From Amphiscolops sp. MND2022 (Eukaryota): DNA of 64,000 bases. Below are positions 58,024 through 64,000 of this stretch, piece by piece. Under the pieces are notes generated by a model, which saw nothing but the letters and a program-made list of their open reading frames with translations, was not told the origin of the DNA and made no database searches. Positions within the stretch are counted from its first letter, which is position 1, and the number at the start of each line of letters is the position of its first letter. A program made the position numbers and the translations under genes. The stretch spans positions 46,004,001 through 46,068,000 of the forward strand of contig OZ076412.1 of the NCBI GenBank assembly GCA_964187785.1. Direction: 5' to 3'.

Positions 58024-58827
58024 TTAGTAATGAATGTCGGAAACTTTGCTAAACAATAGCACAAGACGTGTGATTCCAACAGAGACAATTGGAATCTTTT
58101 AACCCGAGGTGTCCCTCAGATCAATATGTATACTATGAAAGGAATTTTTCATTAGGCGACGAAATTGAAGGTTACTAAACGTTTGGTAATTCATGTATTG
58201 TCCAGTAGTGATTACGTCTCCGGATTTCAGCTTGGAAATGAAAGGGAAGCAACGCAACAGGGGAGCTTTTGTGTCTCCAACAATGTTGTACTCCACAATA
58301 TCAGTGTAAATCATTAGCGAATGAATACGAACAATATCGTACGCAAACTTTGGCTCATAAGGTCCCTTACCTCGCATCAAAATCCCCTTGTCGTCTCCAA
58401 CATCGCCACCAAATTTATTTCCCAAGTTTGTACTGAAAATGACTAGGCTAGAGTCGTCACTAATGAGTGAAAGTTCAATTTCCTGTGTGCGACGAGATAC
58501 TTTACCAGTAATGCAATTTTCGTTGTGATTGTTTCTCTCTTGTATAAGCAAATTCATTGCTCCAACAATGTCGGGTACGGAAGAATACAGCCCAGGTTCC
58601 AAGTAATAGGCTGTTGTCGTTTTGGAGTAAATTGCGTCATAAAATAGAAATTTCCCATCTGTAACATTCTGGTACATTGAAGGGTAGGAAATTTCCGAAA
58701 TTGCAACCTCCCATTGACCTTCCAAATTGACTTGATCTTGCAAAAAGTTTGTAACTGAACTAAGTGTATTGTCAGGAAACAATTCAGATGACGCATTAGA
58801 GACCAACTCTATTGTAAAGGAATCCAT
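58024..58827 (-). pseudogene. Polinton minor capsid protein (penton-like), premature stop (copies at 60450 and 62801)
   Basis: MDSFTIELVSNAS..FPDNTLSSF.NFL...LEGQWEVAISEISYP, YTDIVEYNIVGDTKAPLLR and IHIDLRD. A TAA at 58099 precedes a native-like tail ending at 58024. Confidence 0.87.
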
Positions 58828-59740
58828 AACTGAATGACTCTAATCAACTCCTCTTCATAAAACTTGCCTTTGATAACTTCGCCTTGTTCATCTTGTATAT
58901 TATATGTGGGTGGTTTGCGTGTAGCAAGTGCAACAATTTTAACAATTTCGTTTGTAAATTGCGGCTCGTATCCTTTTCTGAACAGTAAATTTTGCTTGGA
59001 AATTCGGACGCGGTATCCAACGTGGAACTTTGGTTTGCTAAAGTCTCTGATTGGTTTACTGTATAGCTCAGACATAAAGTCAGAGTTTTAAACAATGCTC
59101 GGCTTCATATTTATTGATCTATTCCTTCTCGTATTCAGCGTTGTAACAAATTGAGGCAACTTGTGAATATACTTGTATTCATAGCCTTCAATGTAGCGAT
59201 ACAAAACATTTTTCAACGAACGAATAGCTCTCTCGGCGAAAGCTGCCTTTGTTTCACTCATTGTTGAATAAATCTGTATTCCTTCTCTGCTGCAAAACTT
59301 TTCAAATTCACCAGCAAATTCTTATCACTTGTCAACTCAAATCTTTTGTGGTGTTTTCCGCTTTGTAATCATTTGTGCAAAGGCTTTAAGTGCCTCCTTA
59401 GAGTCCTTTGTTTTCAATCCTCTCACGTCTATTGTTTTGTCAAACACGTCATGGCGAACTAGCAAGTACTTTATTCCTGTTATCCTTTGCCAGTTTATCA
59501 ACATATGCCAAGTCCATACACCAAATTTCATTCTAGTATCTAGCAAACGTTCTCATACGTCTAAACTTGCGTGTTGCAAGTGTAAAATTTGGTTTAAGAG
59601 CCTTTCGAATGTAAAAACTGTCTAACCTTGGAAACTTGTAGCTTGCTAGCTTTTGCCATATTTCGCACAGAGCCATATGCTGCAGGACCAAGTGTATATA
59701 ATCTTTGAATCTTTTGTCGCTCAGATTTTGAAAGGGATCC
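58809..59740 (-). pseudogene. Polinton retroviral-like integrase, frameshifted (copies at ~61160 and ~63511)
   Basis: IKYLLVRHDVF, PQKI, AFAERAIRSLK, KF.VG.RVRISK..FRKGY, TYNIQD..GKFYEEEL. Confidence 0.87.
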
Positions 59741-62700
59741 AGTTTCCTCTCTCTTTTGCTTTGGCATTCTGATTGAGAACTATACCAAGAGAAATGTCGG
59801 CTGCGTCCAGTAAAGTAAAGTATATGTCGGGTACGTCAGCGTTCTTTCTACGCAAATGAAATTCAAACTCGATACTGTTTTCATCCAATGACGTTGTAGG
59901 ATAAATTTGTTGTTCATGCGACGAAAGTACGTCATCGACAACTGGGCCTTCACCGCCAACACTGCCAGAAACGATTTGGTTTTGTGCATTCATGTTTAGC
60001 GTGAAATGTTTGTGAAAATGTCTCTGCGCGAACGGTTGTTTATGTTGGTGGATTTTGTAGGAATGAATCTGCGCGTTCTCTTGCTACCGCCACCTAGTTG
60101 TTTTCTCAACGTCTTTTTGCCAACACTTGGTGCAGCCGATTTTAAATATTTCTTTCCACTAATTATTTCTGCCATTTCAGGTACAGCATATTCCAACAAG
60201 TCAGCTCCAACTCTTCGTGCAGCTGGGACGATAAATTTTTTAAACAAAAGGAACTGCGGTTCTCCCAATACCTTGAGCAAGTGCTCCAAATAATCTTCCG
60301 CGTTGTCTTGTCACTCCTCTATAATACGGTAGTTCAAGTTCTCTTGAGGCAACCATCTCGCACAGTGTTTATTGTTAGTAATGCATGTCGGAAACTTTGC
60401 TAAACAATAGCACAAGACGTGTGATTCCAACAGAGACAATTGGAATCTTTTAACCCGAGGTGTCCCTCAGATCAATATGTATACTATGAAAGGAATTTTT
60501 CATTAGGCGACGAAATTGAAGGTTACTAATGGTTTGGTAATTCATGTATTGTCCAGTAGTGATTACGTCTCCGGATTTCAGCTTGGAAATGAAAGGGAAG
60601 CAACGCAACAGGGGAGCTTTTGTGTCTCCAACAATGTTGTACTCCACAATATCAGTGTAAATCATTAGCGAATGAATACGAACAATATCGTACGCAAACT
60701 TTGGCTCATAAGGTCCCTTACCTCGCATCATAATCCCCTTGTCGTCTCCAACATCGCCACCAAATTTATTTCCCAAGTTTGTACTGAAAATGACTAGGCT
60801 AGAGTCGTCACTAATGAGTGAAAGTTCAATTTCCTGTGTGCGACGAGATACTTTACCAGTAATGCAATTTTCGTTGTGATTGTTTCTCTCTTGTATAAGC
60901 AAATTCATTGCTCCAACAATGTCGGGTACGGAAGAATACAGCCCAGGTTCCAAGTAATAGGCTGTTGTCGTTTTGGAGTAAATTGCGTCATAAAATAGAA
61001 ATTTCCCATCTGTAACATTCTGGTACATTGAAGGGTAGGAAATTTCCGAAATTGCAACCTCCCATTGACCTTCCAAATTGACTTGATCTTTCAAAAAGTT
61101 TGTAAATGAACTAAGTGTATTGTCAGGAAACAATTCAGATGACGCATTAGAGACCAACTCTATTGTAAAGGAATCCATAACTGAATGACTCTAATCAACT
61201 CCTCTTCATAAAACTTGCCTTTGATAACTTCGCTTTGTTCATCTTGTATATTATATGTGGGTGGTTTGCGTGTAGCAAGTGCAACAATTTTAAAAATTTC
61301 GTTTGTAAATTGCGGCTCGTATCCTTTTCTGAACAGTAAATTTTGCTTGGAAATTCGGACGCGGTATCCAACGTGGAACTTTGGTTTGCTAAAGTCTCTG
61401 ATTGGTTTACTGTATAGCTCAGACATAAAGTCAGAGTTTTAAACAATGCTCGGCTTCATATTTATTGATCTATTCCTTCTCGTATTCAGCGTTGTAACAA
61501 ATTGAGGCGACTTGAGAATATACTTGTATCCATAGCCTTCAATGTAGCGATACAAAACATTTTTCAACGAACGAATAGCTCTCTCGGGGAATGCTGCCTT
61601 TGTTTCACTCATTGTTGAATAAATCTGTATTCCTTCTCTGCTGCAAAACTTTTCAAATTCACCAGCAAATTCTTATCACTTGTCAACTCAAATCTTTTGT
61701 GGTGTTTTCCGCTTTGTAATCATTTGCGCAAAGGCTTTAAGTGCCTCCTTAGAGTCCTTTGTTTTCAATCCTCTCACGTCTATTGTTTTGTCAAACACGT
61801 CATGGCGAACTAGCAAGTACTTTATTCCTGTTATCCTTTGCCAGTTTATCAACATATGCCAAGTCCATACACCAAATTTCATTCTAGTATCTAGCAAACG
61901 TTCTCATACGTCTAAACTTGCGTGTTGCAAGTGTAAAATTTGGTTTAAGAGCCTTTCGAATGTTAAAACTGTCTAACCTTGGAAACTTGTAGCTTGCTAG
62001 CTTTTGCCATATTTCGCACAGAGCCATATGCTGCAGGACCAAGTGTATATAATCTTTGAATCTTTTGTCGCTCAGATTTTGAAAGGGATCCAGTTTCCTC
62101 TCTCTTTTGCTTTGGCATTCTGATTGAGAACTATACCAAGAGAAATGTCGGCTGCGTCCAGTAAAGTAAAGTATATGTCGGGTACGTCAGCGTTCTTTCT
62201 ACGCAAATGAAATTCAAACTCGATACTGTTTTCATCCAATGACGTTGTAGGATAAATTTGTTGTTCATGCGACGAAAGTACGTCATCGACAACTGGGCCT
62301 TCACCGCCAACACTGCCAGAAACGATTTGGTTTTGTGCATTCATGTTTAGCGTGAAATGTTTGTGAAAATGTCTCTGCGCGAACGGTTGTTTATGTTGGT
62401 GGATTTTGTAGGAATGAATCTGCGCGTTCTCTTGCTACCGCCACCTAGTTGTTTTCTCAACGTCTTTTTGCCAACACTTGGTGCAGCCGATTTTAAATAT
62501 TTCTTTCCACTAATTATTTCTGCCATTTCAGGTACAGCATATTCCAACAAGTCAGCTCCAACTCTTCGTGCAGCTGGGACGATAAATTTTTTAAACAAAA
62601 GGAACTGCGGTTCTCCCAATACCTTGAGCAAGTGCTCCAAATAATCTTCCGCGTTGTCTTGTCACTCCTCTATAATACGGTAGTTCAAGTTCTCTTGAGG

Positions 62701-64000
62701 CAACCATCTCGCACAGTGTTTATTGTTAGTAATGCATGTCGGAAACTTTGCTAAACAATAGCACAAGACGTGTGATTCCAACAGAGACAATTGGAATCTT
62801 TTAACCCGAGGTGTCCCTCAGATCAATATGTATACTATGAAAGGAATTTTTCATTAGGCGACGAAATTGAAGGTTACTAATGGTTTGGTAATTCATGTAT
62901 TGTCCAGTAGTGATTACGTCTCCGGATTTCAGCTTGGAAATGAAAGGGAAGCAACGCAACAGGGGAGCTTTTGTGTCTCCAACAATGTTGTACTCCACAA
63001 TATCAGTGTAAATCATTAGCGAATGAATACGAACAATATCGTACGCAAACTTTGGCTCATAAGGTCCCTTACCTCGCATCATAATCCCCTTGTCGTCTCC
63101 AACATCGCCACCAAATTTATTTCCCAAGTTTGTACTGAAAATGACTAGGCTAGAGTCGTCACTAATGAGTGAAAGTTCAATTTCCTGTGTGCGACGAGAT
63201 ACTTTACCAGTAATGCAATTTTCGTTGTGATTGTTTCTCTCTTGTATAAGCAAATTCATTGCTCCAACAATGTCGGGTACGGAAGAATACAGCCCAGGTT
63301 CCAAGTAATAGGCTGTTGTCGTTTTGGAGTAAATTGCGTCATAAAATAGAAATTTCCCATCTGTAACATTCTGGTACATTGAAGGGTAGGAAATTTCCGA
63401 AATTGCAACCTCCCATTGACCTTCCAAATTGACTTGATCTTTCAAAAAGTTTGTAAATGAACTAAGTGTATTGTCAGGAAACAATTCAGATGACGCATTA
63501 GAGACCAACTCTATTGTAAAGGAATCCATAACTGAATGACTCTAATCAACTCCTCTTCATAAAACTTGCCTTTGATAACTTCGCTTTGTTCATCTTGTAT
63601 ATTATATGTGGGTGGTTTGCGTGTAGCAAGTGCAACAATTTTAAAAATTTCGTTTGTAAATTGCGGCTCGTATCCTTTTCTGAACAGTAAATTTTGCTTG
63701 GAAATTCGGACGCGGTATCCAACGTGGAACTTTGGTTTGCTAAAGTCTCTGATTGGTTTACTGTATAGCTCAGACATAAAGTCAGAGTTTTAAACAATGC
63801 TCGGCTTCATATTTATTGATCTATTCCTTCTCGTATTCAGCGTTGTAACAAATTGAGGCGACTTGAGAATATACTTGTATCCATAGCCTTCAATGTAGCG
63901 ATACAAAACATTTTTCAACGAACGAATAGCTCTCTCGGGGAATGCTGCCTTTGTTTCACTCATTGTTGAATAAATCTGTATTCCTTCTCTGCTGCAAAAC

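Larger units (their letters stand above)
57506..64000 (-). repeat. 2351-bp tandem array of the Polinton INT-penton-core-hexon(5') block, at least 2.7 copies
   Basis: Identical ORFs recur at exact 2351-bp spacing (57645/59996/62347 and 58099/60450/62801). Unit junction at 59857 and 62208. Confidence 0.95.

Noticed and set aside
57645-63777. Treating the repeated Polinton ORFs as functional genes
   Set aside because: All copies share premature stops and frameshifts, and no pPolB, ATPase or TIR is visible in the window.

Overview
AT-rich eukaryotic (animal) genomic DNA with GT-AG introns. A minus-strand 7-exon MAPK-interacting kinase gene (MKNK/Mnk/Lk6 family, DFD motif; CDS 38187->2167, 684 aa) spans the left 60%. 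Its 21.6-kb fourth intron holds the main discovery: a young, apparently near-intact 17,949-bp Ty3/Gypsy (Metaviridae) LTR element (13058-31006; ~1.6-kb near-identical LTRs, CAAT TSD, PBS, PPT) organised like a complex virus. It carries gag; a -1-frameshifted pol with a TARG1/Poa1p-like macrodomain between protease and RT; four small, probably paralogous accessory ORFs; an antisense ORF; three copies of a 99-nt pseudoknot-capable unit separated by unrelated spacers; a class III (chuvirus/gB-like) envelope gene; an ATG-less ORF that is in frame with an env splice donor; and a PAM2 + coiled-coil + TRAF/MATH gene. The same intron has a 99-bp palindrome with TG..CA arms around an exact tRNA-Lys(CUU) primer-binding site. 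The right 40% is a transposon graveyard: a Tc1/mariner MITE, minisatellites, an intact CR1/L2-like LINE next to a Gypsy integrase relic, a 445-bp tandem array containing a Gypsy RT fragment, and a degenerate Polinton/adintovirus block amplified as a 2351-bp tandem array running off the window. All family assignments are by-eye motif recognition against remembered consensus sequences; no searches or folding programs were run.
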